From positions 762 through 64,761 of the forward strand of contig CAYSZS010000002.1 of the NCBI GenBank assembly GCA_964435575.1: a DNA stretch of 64,000 bases, given 5' to 3'. Of the stretch, positions 45,100 through 53,608 are shown piece after piece. The notes beneath the pieces are model-generated. The model was not told where the DNA came from. It searched no databases and worked only from the letters and a program-made list of their open reading frames with translations. The translations under genes and the position numbers were made by a program. Position 1 is the stretch's first letter; every line of letters starts with the position of its first letter. Source of the DNA: an uncultured Gammaproteobacteria bacterium. GTDB lineage: Bacteria; Patescibacteriota; Microgenomatia; UBA8517.

Positions 45100-46530
45100 A
45101 TGAAGAGAATTTTAATTTCTGTCATAACTTTAGGATTAGTAGCTGCTTTAGCGGTGAGTATAACAGGCTCCTTTTTTTCTGACACCGAAACGTCAAAAGA
45201 TAATATACTTCAGGCAGGAGAACTTGATCTAAAAATAGACAATACCAGTTATTACAACGGTAAACCCTATCCCGACGCATCGTGGGAACCCGATGATCTT
45301 CCAGGGCACCTTTTTTTTAATTTTCAGGATTTAAAACCGGGTGACTGGGGTGAAGATACAATTTCTTTGCGGGTTGACGATAACGACGCCTGGGCTTGTA
45401 TGAAAATAACCCATACCGAGGATGACGACGAGACTTGTAACGAACCAGAATTAAAAGACGATCCAACCTGTGATGATCCCGACGATGATAAAAAAGACGG
45501 AGAATTAGGGTCCCATCTTTCTTTTATCTTCTGGGTTGACGACGGAGATAATGTTTTAGAGAAAGATGAAGAAGAAGGAATAATAAGGCAACAGGATTTG
45601 GTTGGCAATGTTTTTGACGGAAAGATTATAAACCTCGCAGATGCATTGGGAGGAGTTTTGGGTTTAGCGGGACCGCTTGTGGGTAGTAAAACTTACTACA
45701 TCGGCAAAGCCTGGTGCTTCGGCGAAATGACTATTACTCCTCTTCCCGATAATACCGGTGTAAGTCCGGAAGTTGATTCGGGAATAAAATGCGACGGGGC
45801 TGAGCTGAATAACGAAACCCAAACAGACCAGGTTTTGGTCGATTTTGAATTTAGCGCTTATCAATCAAGAAATAATCCCAATTTTACTTGTTCAGGTGAA
45901 AAACCGTCAGGTACTCCAACCCCGACATTAACACCCACTCCCCCGCTCGCCTGTAATAAGGCAGATGTAATGCTCGTTCTCGATAGATCGGGAAGTATTA
46001 GTTCTACGGAGCTTGTGCAATTAAAAACTGCTGCTAAGGATTTCGTTGATTCTTTGACACTGGCTTTGGACGGAAATCACGCAGGAAAATCAAGTTTTGC
46101 AACAACAGGAACTTTAAATCATCACTTGACGAGCGATCCCACTAGTCTCAAGGCAGCAATTGACGCAATGATTTCAGGTGGCTGGACGAACCTTAAAGAA
46201 GGCATTGACCTTGCAAAAACGGAGTTGGATAATCCAGGCGATGGACATGACAGAGCCGATGGTGTCTCCCTTGACAAGATGATTGTCATCACAGACGGTA
46301 ATCCTAATAGACCACTAGACGGTGATCCCCCACCTGACGTAGATGCAAAAAATGCAGCTGATGTAGCAAAAGCAGCCGGGGTAGAAATCTTTGTGGTTGG
46401 AGTTGGCAGCGATGTTGATGCTACTTATCTAACAAACGATATAGCAACTGCTGGAGCTGGTCATTATTATTCCGCATCAGATTACTCAGGCTTACAGACA
46501 ATTCTTTCCGGACTTGATCTTTGCGATTAA
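45100..46530 (+). CDS. TasA/camelysin-like secreted protein with SipW-cognate signal peptide and C-terminal vWA (MIDAS) domain
   Basis: N-terminus MKRILISVITLGLVAALAVSITGSFFSDTETS..N.LQAGELDL. Core FNFQDLKPGDWGEDTISL, FWVDDGDNV, YYIGKAWCFGE. PT-linker, then DRSGSIS...ITDGNPN vWA. Confidence 0.7.
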   Translation: MKRILISVITLGLVAALAVSITGSFFSDTETSKDNILQAGELDLKIDNTSYYNGKPYPDASWEPDDLPGHLFFNFQDLKPGDWGEDTISLRVDDNDAWACMKITHTEDDDETCNEPELKDDPTCDDPDDDKKDGELGSHLSFIFWVDDGDNVLEKDEEEGIIRQQDLVGNVFDGKIINLADALGGVLGLAGPLVGSKTYYIGKAWCFGEMTITPLPDNTGVSPEVDSGIKCDGAELNNETQTDQVLVDFEFSAYQSRNNPNFTCSGEKPSGTPTPTLTPTPPLACNKADVMLVLDRSGSISSTELVQLKTAAKDFVDSLTLALDGNHAGKSSFATTGTLNHHLTSDPTSLKAAIDAMISGGWTNLKEGIDLAKTELDNPGDGHDRADGVSLDKMIVITDGNPNRPLDGDPPPDVDAKNAADVAKAAGVEIFVVGVGSDVDATYLTNDIATAGAGHYYSASDYSGLQTILSGLDLCD

Positions 46531-46537
46531 TTACATA

Positions 46538-46786
46538 ATGAGATTGGATAGCGAAGAACACCAAACTTCAGTAGAAAAACGGGAAATGTGGAGGCGAGAA
46601 TTATTTTCAATGGCTCCATATTTATATAAACATCCGGAAAATAAAGATTTGCAAAAGTACGGAGCAATTCTTACAGATATTGTAAGACAGATTGAATGGG
46701 GAGGGGTTTACCCTATTGATTACAGTGGCGGTAAAGGAAATGTTATTTTCAATTTTGAAACGGGTGAATTTCGTACTCTGGATTAA
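46538..46786 (+). CDS. Small hypothetical protein inside the tasA-like locus
   Basis: ~82 aa; no motif. Confidence 0.3.
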   Translation: MRLDSEEHQTSVEKREMWRRELFSMAPYLYKHPENKDLQKYGAILTDIVRQIEWGGVYPIDYSGGKGNVIFNFETGEFRTLD

Positions 46787-46915
46787 ACCCTTACGAAATT
46801 ACTTTTACCTTTTGCATAACCAATTAATATTTTAAATGGTTCTATAAGGGGTAAAAACCCTTAATAGCCAAGCTTTTACTAAAAAAGCCTCTGGATTAGA
46901 TTGTTGGTGAAAAAG

Positions 46916-47845
46916 ATGAAGAAAATTTTATTAAGTTTATTTGTAATTGGTGTCGTATCAGTAGCAGGAGTCCTCGCAACCCGAGCATTTTTCAGTGATA
47001 CCGAGACATCAGTCGGCAATACATTCGTAGCCGGAGACATTGATCTACAGATTGATAACGAAAGCTATGCAATAGACTGTACTATTCCTGACGGAGACGG
47101 TAATCCTCCAGCAGAATGTAAAGGTGTACTGGCAGCAAGCTCTAATACGTCATGGCAGCTTACCGACTTAACAGTTGAGAAGTTTTTTGACTTTGTAGAC
47201 CTTAAACCGGGAGATTATGGCGAAGACACAATATCCGTTCACGTCGGAAGTAATGATGCTTGGGTTTGTGCCTCAGCCCGTATTACGGAAGATCAAGACA
47301 ATTCCTGTACAGATCCTGAACAAACAGATGAATTAGTTGCTTGCGTTAATCCAAATGGAAACGGAGAGCTTGATGAAGACCTAAATTTCGCTTTCTGGGT
47401 TGACGATGGAGATAACGTATTTGAAGCTTGTCCAGAGGGAACGGGTGAATGTGAGGATGAAAAAGTCTTTTTATTGGGGCCTCTCGAAGGACTAGGTACT
47501 CAAGGACAAATCGCTCTTGCTGATACCCAAGGCGGTGTACTTGGTGCAGGAAATCCTATCCCTGGCGATACAACTTTCTATATAGGTAAAGTGTGGTGTT
47601 TTGGAGAATTAACTCCTGAACCCAAAGATTCTCATGATGTGCAGGGAGCTCCTATCAACGGAACTCCAGTCGAAAGGGGAACCGGTTGGCTTTGTGATGG
47701 GACACTAGTTGATAACGCTGCTCAAACTGACAGTGTTGTTGGTGATTTACAATTTTATGCAGAACAGGCAAGACATAATGATGAGTTTTTGTGTAGTAAA
47801 GATTACGAACCTGTTTGGCCTACGCCAACACAAACATCTGATTAG
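46916..47845 (+). CDS. TasA/camelysin-like secreted protein with SipW-cognate signal peptide; Cys-rich
   Basis: MKKILLSLFVIGVVSVAGVLATRAFFSDTETSVGNTFVAGDIDLQIDN. FDFVDLKPGDYGEDTISV, FWVDDGDNV, FYIGKVWCFGE. SD GGTGA 5 nt upstream. Confidence 0.7.
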   Translation: MKKILLSLFVIGVVSVAGVLATRAFFSDTETSVGNTFVAGDIDLQIDNESYAIDCTIPDGDGNPPAECKGVLAASSNTSWQLTDLTVEKFFDFVDLKPGDYGEDTISVHVGSNDAWVCASARITEDQDNSCTDPEQTDELVACVNPNGNGELDEDLNFAFWVDDGDNVFEACPEGTGECEDEKVFLLGPLEGLGTQGQIALADTQGGVLGAGNPIPGDTTFYIGKVWCFGELTPEPKDSHDVQGAPINGTPVERGTGWLCDGTLVDNAAQTDSVVGDLQFYAEQARHNDEFLCSKDYEPVWPTPTQTSD

Positions 47846-47865
47846 TTTTTTTCTCTAGCGTTTTA

Positions 47866-47936
47866 GGGTGGGGTCAAAGAGATAAATGAGTTTCGACTCG
47901 GAACTCTCTTGCCCACCCAAGCTAGGGGACTTTTTT
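47866..47936 (+). terminator. Possible intrinsic terminator after tasA-like gene 2: long imperfect hairpin GGGTGGG..AAGAGA/TCTCTTG..CCCACCC followed by a T6 run 12 nt downstream
   Basis: Read directly; the T-run is not immediately adjacent, so this is weak. Confidence 0.3.
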
Positions 47937-47985
47937 GCAAAAGATACTAAGCAAAATTAGCTCCTTTCCGAGTGAAACTCTATAA

Positions 47986-48092
47986 GATGCTCATAAGGAG
48001 TAATCAAATTAGGGTCACGGTTAGATAGACCCGTTAGATACAAAGTTATCTAACTTGGGTCATCTAACGTGATTCCGTTTGATGCTCATAAG
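47986..48092 (+). promoter_or_regulatory. Structured regulatory region upstream of tasA-like gene 3: direct repeats GATGCTCATAAG (x2, 95 bp apart) bracketing an array of GTTAGATA (x2 direct) and TATCTAAC/ATCTAAC (x2 inverted) with GGGTCA repeats
   Basis: Read directly. Confidence 0.4.
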
Positions 48093-48130
48093 AGCTATCA
48101 AACCGGAAGGAGGTGAATATATTTAAAATT

Positions 48131-49315
48131 ATGAAAAAAGCTCTATTGAGTTTATTTACTATTGGTGTAATTGGTTTAGTTGTTGTTGCTGTAACACAGT
48201 CCTTTTTCTCCGACACCGAGACTTCGACCGGAAACGTTTTAACCGCTGGAGCTATTGATTTAAAGATAGATAGCGAGTGTACATATAATGGAGAAAGATC
48301 AGAACAGTGTGGCACTTGGGGTCCGGTTGATTTAACAAACGAAAAGTTTTTCAACTTCTTTGACTTGAAACCCGGAGATTATGGCGAAAACACAATAAGC
48401 TTAGACCTTTCCAGTAATCCCGCACACGCTTGCGTAATTGTCGAAAACATGCAGGATGATGATCTGGGTCTGACCGAGCCGGAAAGCGAAGATGGGGATG
48501 TTAGCGACGGTCCTTTTTACGGAGAATTATCTTCCGAACTTCGCTTTTTCACTTGGGCCGATAACGGTCCAGAGCAAAATTCTTGCGATAACGTATGGCA
48601 AGAAGGGGAACTTCCATTGTTTTCTAATGCCGAAGGTCCTGCAAGCGATGTATTGGATGGGAGAAGTTATTACCTTGGAAAGCTAGATCCGGGGAAAAGC
48701 TGTATAGGTGTTTACTGGTGTTACGGGACAATGGCGGTTGGTCCGGGAAACGCCTTGAGTTGTAACGGAGCGCCTGTAAATAACGTTTCACAAACTGATG
48801 CTCTTACCGCCGATATAAGGTTTTATGTAGAGCAATACAGAAATAATCCTAACTTCGTTTGTCCTCTTCCTGAAAAGAGGCTTGTGCTGGAAAATAAAAT
48901 TCCAGATGTCTGGACAGTAATAGAAGATAATAGGTCTGCGACATTAACATGGGCGGGCGACGGTCCAACATTTGACTTCAGCTCTACGCTTATTGCACAA
49001 GGACTGGAGGCAAATACAAAATACAGCTTGATTTATTATGCAGATCCTTGGGAGGGAGATAATCCGGGAGCATTTCTAGGTACTGGTATTTCAAATGGAA
49101 GCGGTGATCTTACTATCGCAGGTAATGTCAACTTAGGTTTTGATTTACCGCATCCATCTGATGCCAACTATCCGACCGGAGCAAAAATCTGGCTAGTATT
49201 GGCAAGTGATTATAATAGCGGTCTGGAATTAACCGGGCCGATGACCGGATGGCAGCCTACAAGGTACTTATTTGAGACAAAGCTGATCAGGTACGACGAT
49301 ACGGATGCGCCTTAA
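48131..49315 (+). CDS. TasA/camelysin-like secreted protein with SipW-cognate signal peptide and ~170-aa C-terminal extension
   Basis: MKKALLSLFTIGVIGLVVVAVTQSFFSDTETSTGNVLTAGAIDLKIDS. FNFFDLKPGDYGENTISL, YYLGK, CYG. NVSQTDALTADIRFYVEQYRNNPNFVC. Confidence 0.7.
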   Translation: MKKALLSLFTIGVIGLVVVAVTQSFFSDTETSTGNVLTAGAIDLKIDSECTYNGERSEQCGTWGPVDLTNEKFFNFFDLKPGDYGENTISLDLSSNPAHACVIVENMQDDDLGLTEPESEDGDVSDGPFYGELSSELRFFTWADNGPEQNSCDNVWQEGELPLFSNAEGPASDVLDGRSYYLGKLDPGKSCIGVYWCYGTMAVGPGNALSCNGAPVNNVSQTDALTADIRFYVEQYRNNPNFVCPLPEKRLVLENKIPDVWTVIEDNRSATLTWAGDGPTFDFSSTLIAQGLEANTKYSLIYYADPWEGDNPGAFLGTGISNGSGDLTIAGNVNLGFDLPHPSDANYPTGAKIWLVLASDYNSGLELTGPMTGWQPTRYLFETKLIRYDDTDAP

Positions 49316-49463
49316 ATATTTTTCTAGCCGCTGCCCGGCTGGAGAAAAATCCGTATCAGGTACAGAAGATATAGACCGAAGCGTGGGAGATTTTATATGG
49401 TATATCAAGAAGGCGAGCCGTCTATTACTTTGAGAGGAAATTTACTCGAACAAGCCGCAATAG

Positions 49464-49693
49464 CATAATCAACATCCGATGTTGTTTAGCTTGTAACATC
49501 GGGTATTGATGAAAAGATTATATATTTATGAAAATAAGTAAGTTTATACAAAATACTTTAATCGGGTTTCTTTGTATAGTCTTCTTCATTTTTTCAGCAT
49601 TAGCAACATATCTTCTATTAGATTTATTTAAGTTTAATTTACCGATATTGCAACGTAATCAATATCCGATTTTGAATACATTTGAATATCGGG
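49464..49693 (+). mobile_element. Miniature non-autonomous (MITE-like) derivative of the IS200-like element at 18405-19197: both terminal motifs present, no transposase
   Basis: LE CATAATCAACATCCGATGTTGTTTAGCTTGTAACATCGGG. RE CCGATATTGCAACGTAATCAATATCCGATTTTGAATACATTTGAATATCGGG. Matches the IS ends at ~80% identity. Confidence 0.55.
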
Positions 49694-51234
49694 ATATTAA
49701 GCTCCCTAAAGCCTTTATCGTCCAGTCGGGTTCAATGGAACCTGCTATTAAAACCGGAAGCATTGTCATAACTAAAAAGGAAGAAATCTATAATCAGGGA
49801 GAAATAATTTCCTATACAAAGGGTTCGAAAAATATCATAACTCACAGAATTCAAGTCAAAAACTATCCTGACGGTATCAATTCTGATCCAGTCTATTTAA
49901 CTGCCGGAGACGCCAACGAGGATTTTGATTCAGGAAGTATAACCAGTGAACAGATAGTAGGTAAGGTCGTTTTGACACTCCCCTATTTGGGCTACGTTGC
50001 CGACTTTGCCAAACAGCCCTACGGCTTTTTGCTTTTGGTCATAGTTCCGGCGACAATTGTTATTTACGAAGAGTTAAAGGGTTTATTAAAGGAAATCTTT
50101 AAAACATTATCTATCATGAAAAGAAAGCTATTTCGTCGTAAGGGTCGTACCCTTAAGTACGACTTAAAGGGTACGACCCTCAAGGCTAAAAACAACGGTC
50201 TGCCTAAAGCTAGTGCAATAGTTCCGATTTTCGGTGCAGCACTTGTTTTTACCGGTCTCGCCTCGTCCTTCTTCTCCGACATAGAAATTTCAATAGGAAA
50301 TTTATTTCAGGCAGGTGATTGGAGTCCCCCCATTGCACAAACATTAGTAATAAATGAAGTATTGTACAAAACAAATTGCACTGTACCTCAAAATAAACAA
50401 TGGATTGAGATATGGAACGGTTTTGATTTCACGGTTAATCTCCAGGATTGGAGTTTAAGAGATGGAGAAGGAAACACAATTCAAATAATTAATTCTGTAA
50501 CTCCCCTCGCCCCCGGAAAATTCGCATTATTGTCCAAATCAAGCGCAACATGGAACGACCAATGTTACGGACCGCTCCTTAGTGATGTTGTTCAAGTCCA
50601 ACTAGGTGGGACAATAAATATTGCAACAGAATCTGGAGCATTTAAATTATTAGATAGCAATCTTGATATCGTAGATGAGGTTTTCTATGGTCCTGACCCT
50701 GCATCAGCAAGTGCCGGTCTTAACTTCTCGTTTGAAAGGGAAGTTTTAGGCCAAAAAACCGGCGGAGTATTTAATGCAATTGATTTTTCTGAAAGAAAAC
50801 CATCAATAGCAGGTTTTGCAATACCTCAAAATCAGGATGTAGTTATTAATGAATTCATCGTCCACGATGGCGGTACCGGACTGGGTAATGATTGGGTTGA
50901 ACTTTATAACAAAACGGGCAGCAGTGTTGACATAAGTGGATGGACTCTCCGTGATACAACCGGTATTTTTCACACTGTTCCAGCTTCCACAACTTTATTA
51001 AATGGCGACTGGTACACTGTTTACAATAGTTCAAACAGACTCGGAAATAGTGGCGACAAAATTTATTTATTTGATTCTGGTAGTAATTTAAAAGATGGAA
51101 TCTCATATTTTCAGTTCTTGCCATCGGTTGGTAGTTCTGTTGGAAGAAATACAGATGGTGGTAACGCTTGGTCAGTTTTTACAGTTCCAACAGATGATAA
51201 TACTAATATAAATCCGACATCACCTTGGCCATAA
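49528..51234 (+). CDS. In-frame fusion: SipW-type signal peptidase I (res 1-196) fused to a protein with SipW-cognate signal peptide and two lamin-tail domains (LTD)
   Basis: SGSMEPAIKTGSIV, ITHRIQ, GDAN, TM segment. Internal MKRKLFRRKGR...IVPIFGAALVFTGLASSFFSDIEISIGNLFQAG (ATG at 50116, same frame, no intervening stop). LTD1 VINEVLY...WIEIWN...WSLRD. LTD2 VINEFIV...WVELYN...WTLRD. Confidence 0.65.
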   Translation: MKISKFIQNTLIGFLCIVFFIFSALATYLLLDLFKFNLPILQRNQYPILNTFEYRDIKLPKAFIVQSGSMEPAIKTGSIVITKKEEIYNQGEIISYTKGSKNIITHRIQVKNYPDGINSDPVYLTAGDANEDFDSGSITSEQIVGKVVLTLPYLGYVADFAKQPYGFLLLVIVPATIVIYEELKGLLKEIFKTLSIMKRKLFRRKGRTLKYDLKGTTLKAKNNGLPKASAIVPIFGAALVFTGLASSFFSDIEISIGNLFQAGDWSPPIAQTLVINEVLYKTNCTVPQNKQWIEIWNGFDFTVNLQDWSLRDGEGNTIQIINSVTPLAPGKFALLSKSSATWNDQCYGPLLSDVVQVQLGGTINIATESGAFKLLDSNLDIVDEVFYGPDPASASAGLNFSFEREVLGQKTGGVFNAIDFSERKPSIAGFAIPQNQDVVINEFIVHDGGTGLGNDWVELYNKTGSSVDISGWTLRDTTGIFHTVPASTTLLNGDWYTVYNSSNRLGNSGDKIYLFDSGSNLKDGISYFQFLPSVGSSVGRNTDGGNAWSVFTVPTDDNTNINPTSPWP

Positions 51235-51279
51235 ATTACGCTATACATTTGTATTCATGTATTAATACATAGAAACATT

Positions 51280-52446
51280 ATGATAAAGATTAGAAAAATC
51301 AGAGCCATGGGAATAAGAAGGATTAGTGCAATTCTTCTTCTGCCGTTTGTTTTAGTGGGAACATTTCTTGTGTATAAAAATTCCCAAATTACAAGATATG
51401 CTTATGGGGAGGGCGACCCTTTGATTTTAACCTATGATCCTGAGGGTCCTCTTCCTGATCCACCCATGTTTGTTGTCACCAATATGCTCCCGGGTGACTC
51501 TAAAACAAAGGACTTTAATGTCAAAAATGCATCAACTGAGGATGAGTCGGTTACTATGGATTTTATCAAAACTGACGAGGAAAAAGATTTTGCTAACATA
51601 TTGGATGTAGAAGTAACAGAACTTCCCTCAACCGTTATCTTTCAAGGCAAACTTCAGGCTCTTTTTGACGCTCCCCTGTTTAACCTTGGCAACTTCCCTG
51701 CCGGAAGCGACAAAAGTTTCAGAGTCAAAGTAAAATTCCCGGAGAATGCAGGAAATGAGTACCAAAATGCCATGGTCATGTTTGATATAAAATGGCAAAC
51801 AGAACAACCCGAAATAGAAATCCCTGAAGACTGTTCATTTTTGGAATCAGGAATTACCAGGGTTGTTGAAGGAACAGAGGGCAATGACTTCATTATTGGT
51901 AACAAGGAATCTGAGTTATTCATTCTAAAAGGCGGTAACGATATAGTTTTTGGAGGTAAAGGCAACGATATAATCCTCGGAGGCGAGGGTAACGACCCTA
52001 GGCTTGACGGGAGTGACGGAAATGATTGCATTATAGGAGGCCCAGGTAATGACCATCTTGACGGGAGTGATAATAATGATGTTCTTTTCGGAAATGAGGG
52101 AAATGATAACCTTGACGGTGGCGGTAATGATGATCTGATAAAGGCAGGTACAGGAAACGACAATGTAGACGGCGGAGCAGGAAATGACGTAATTTACGGC
52201 GAGGAAGGAAACGATAATATTGAAGGCGGAAGCGGGAATGACAACATTTGGGGAGGAATTGGTAACGATACTATAAAAGGAGAAAGCGGAAATGATAATT
52301 TATATGGAGAAGAAGGGAATGATAACCTACAGGGAGGAAGCGGTATGGACTTTTTGGATGGCGGAGCCGATACGGACACTCTTCATGGAGGTTCAAGTAC
52401 GGATACCTGTGTCAACGGAGAATCAAATACTTCCTGCGAGCTCTAG
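51280..52446 (+). CDS. Secreted protein with TasA-like beta-sandwich region followed by RTX-type calcium-binding nonapeptide repeats
   Basis: Signal-anchor. FVVTNMLPGDSKTKDFNVKNAS (TasA-like core). About 14 GGxGNDxLx repeats (GGNDIVFGGKGNDIILGGEGND...). Confidence 0.65.
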   Translation: MIKIRKIRAMGIRRISAILLLPFVLVGTFLVYKNSQITRYAYGEGDPLILTYDPEGPLPDPPMFVVTNMLPGDSKTKDFNVKNASTEDESVTMDFIKTDEEKDFANILDVEVTELPSTVIFQGKLQALFDAPLFNLGNFPAGSDKSFRVKVKFPENAGNEYQNAMVMFDIKWQTEQPEIEIPEDCSFLESGITRVVEGTEGNDFIIGNKESELFILKGGNDIVFGGKGNDIILGGEGNDPRLDGSDGNDCIIGGPGNDHLDGSDNNDVLFGNEGNDNLDGGGNDDLIKAGTGNDNVDGGAGNDVIYGEEGNDNIEGGSGNDNIWGGIGNDTIKGESGNDNLYGEEGNDNLQGGSGMDFLDGGADTDTLHGGSSTDTCVNGESNTSCEL

Positions 52447-52571
52447 CGCCTTATTTCTGCGACAAACTTCCTCTTGATTTTATATTTTTAGATGTTAATA
52501 CTTAATAATTCGTAAAAAAAGACCCGCCTATGATTTCAAAGCTATGGCGAGGCGAAGGGTGGTGAATAAAT

Positions 52572-52781
52572 ATGAAAAATGTAAAAGGAGCAATTGACCA
52601 TTTAAAAACACACCAAAGTTACCCGGCGACTAAAGAAGAGCTTCTTGCGGAGTGCGACAATCTTTCCGATTTTTCTGATGAGGATAAAGAGTGGTTTAAG
52701 GCAAATCTTCCGGAAGAGCCAGAAGGCGGATTTAAATCGGCAGATGAAGTAATAAAAGCTCTAAGTTTGTCTGAAGAATAA
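52572..52781 (+). CDS. DUF2795 family small protein
   Basis: 69 aa; HLKTHQSYPATKEELLAECDNL... pattern typical of DUF2795. Confidence 0.45.
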   Translation: MKNVKGAIDHLKTHQSYPATKEELLAECDNLSDFSDEDKEWFKANLPEEPEGGFKSADEVIKALSLSEE

Positions 52782-52792
52782 TATCAGTAAAT

Positions 52793-53476
52793 TCAAGCTG
52801 CGTAAGCTTGTTGTTTTTCTTTACTTATAATTAAACCTTCTTTCTCTAGTTTTTTCATGCTATTTATAATAAAAGTGTGATGTTCACAAGAGATAATCTT
52901 TTTATTAACTAATTTCATTAGGGCAAGGCTGGCCGTTTCTCTGGAAATTCCTGCGATATTTGCGATATCTTGATGCGTTAAAGGCAGATTTATTGCAATT
53001 TTTCCATCCTGCACGCGTTCTCCAAACCTTTTTGCAGAAAGATAAATAGCGCCGATTACTCTTTTATGTGCGTTTCCGCATAGCATGTATTCGATATTTG
53101 CGAGTACCCCGTCCAAACCTACCAATATTCTTCGAGTCAGTTCAAAAAGAACGTCCGGATTTTCTTTAAGATAAGTCAGAACTACACTTTTTGGGGCTCT
53201 GTGAATAATCGTATCAGTTTGAGCTTGGAAAAAGTAAGAATTTGGAATTCCAGCTATAACCCACATCATGGGGAAATAGGTTCCGGGTTTAAAAATGTTC
53301 AAAGTGAGTTCTCTGCCGTTTTCGAAAATTGTATTTAATTTAACAAACCCTTCCTTTATATAGTAAACGCCTTGGGGTTTGTCTTCGGGACGAAGGATTG
53401 TTTGATTTTTTTTATAGGATATAGTTTTATATTTTGAGAAAAAGCTCCTTAACTTTCCAGGTACGTAATTCTCCAT
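52793..53476 (-). CDS. Crp/Fnr family transcriptional regulator
   Basis: N-terminal cNMP-binding beta-barrel and C-terminal HTH (ISRETASLALMKL). Confidence 0.75.
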   Translation of the reverse strand: MENYVPGKLRSFFSKYKTISYKKNQTILRPEDKPQGVYYIKEGFVKLNTIFENGRELTLNIFKPGTYFPMMWVIAGIPNSYFFQAQTDTIIHRAPKSVVLTYLKENPDVLFELTRRILVGLDGVLANIEYMLCGNAHKRVIGAIYLSAKRFGERVQDGKIAINLPLTHQDIANIAGISRETASLALMKLVNKKIISCEHHTFIINSMKKLEKEGLIISKEKQQAYAA

Positions 53477-53608
53477 TTTTTAAAGTATACGCTTTGTTAG
53501 AAATTTAACAAATAATAAGTTAGTTTTCTAACTGAAATATTTAATCGGACTATATACCGTGTAAAAGTGATTGCTTCATAAAAATCTAAGAGAAAGGGGG
53601 TGAAAATT

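Noticed and set aside
51654-52379. Pro/Ser/Leu-rich ORFs antisense to the RTX repeat region
   Set aside because: An artefact of the reverse complement of the GGxGNDx-encoding repeats.
51900-52420. DNA-level periodic repeats (ggaaatgat / ggcggc...) that could resemble a CRISPR array
   Set aside because: The period is 27 nt with no spacer/repeat alternation, and it is in-frame coding for RTX nonapeptides. No CRISPR array is present anywhere in the window.
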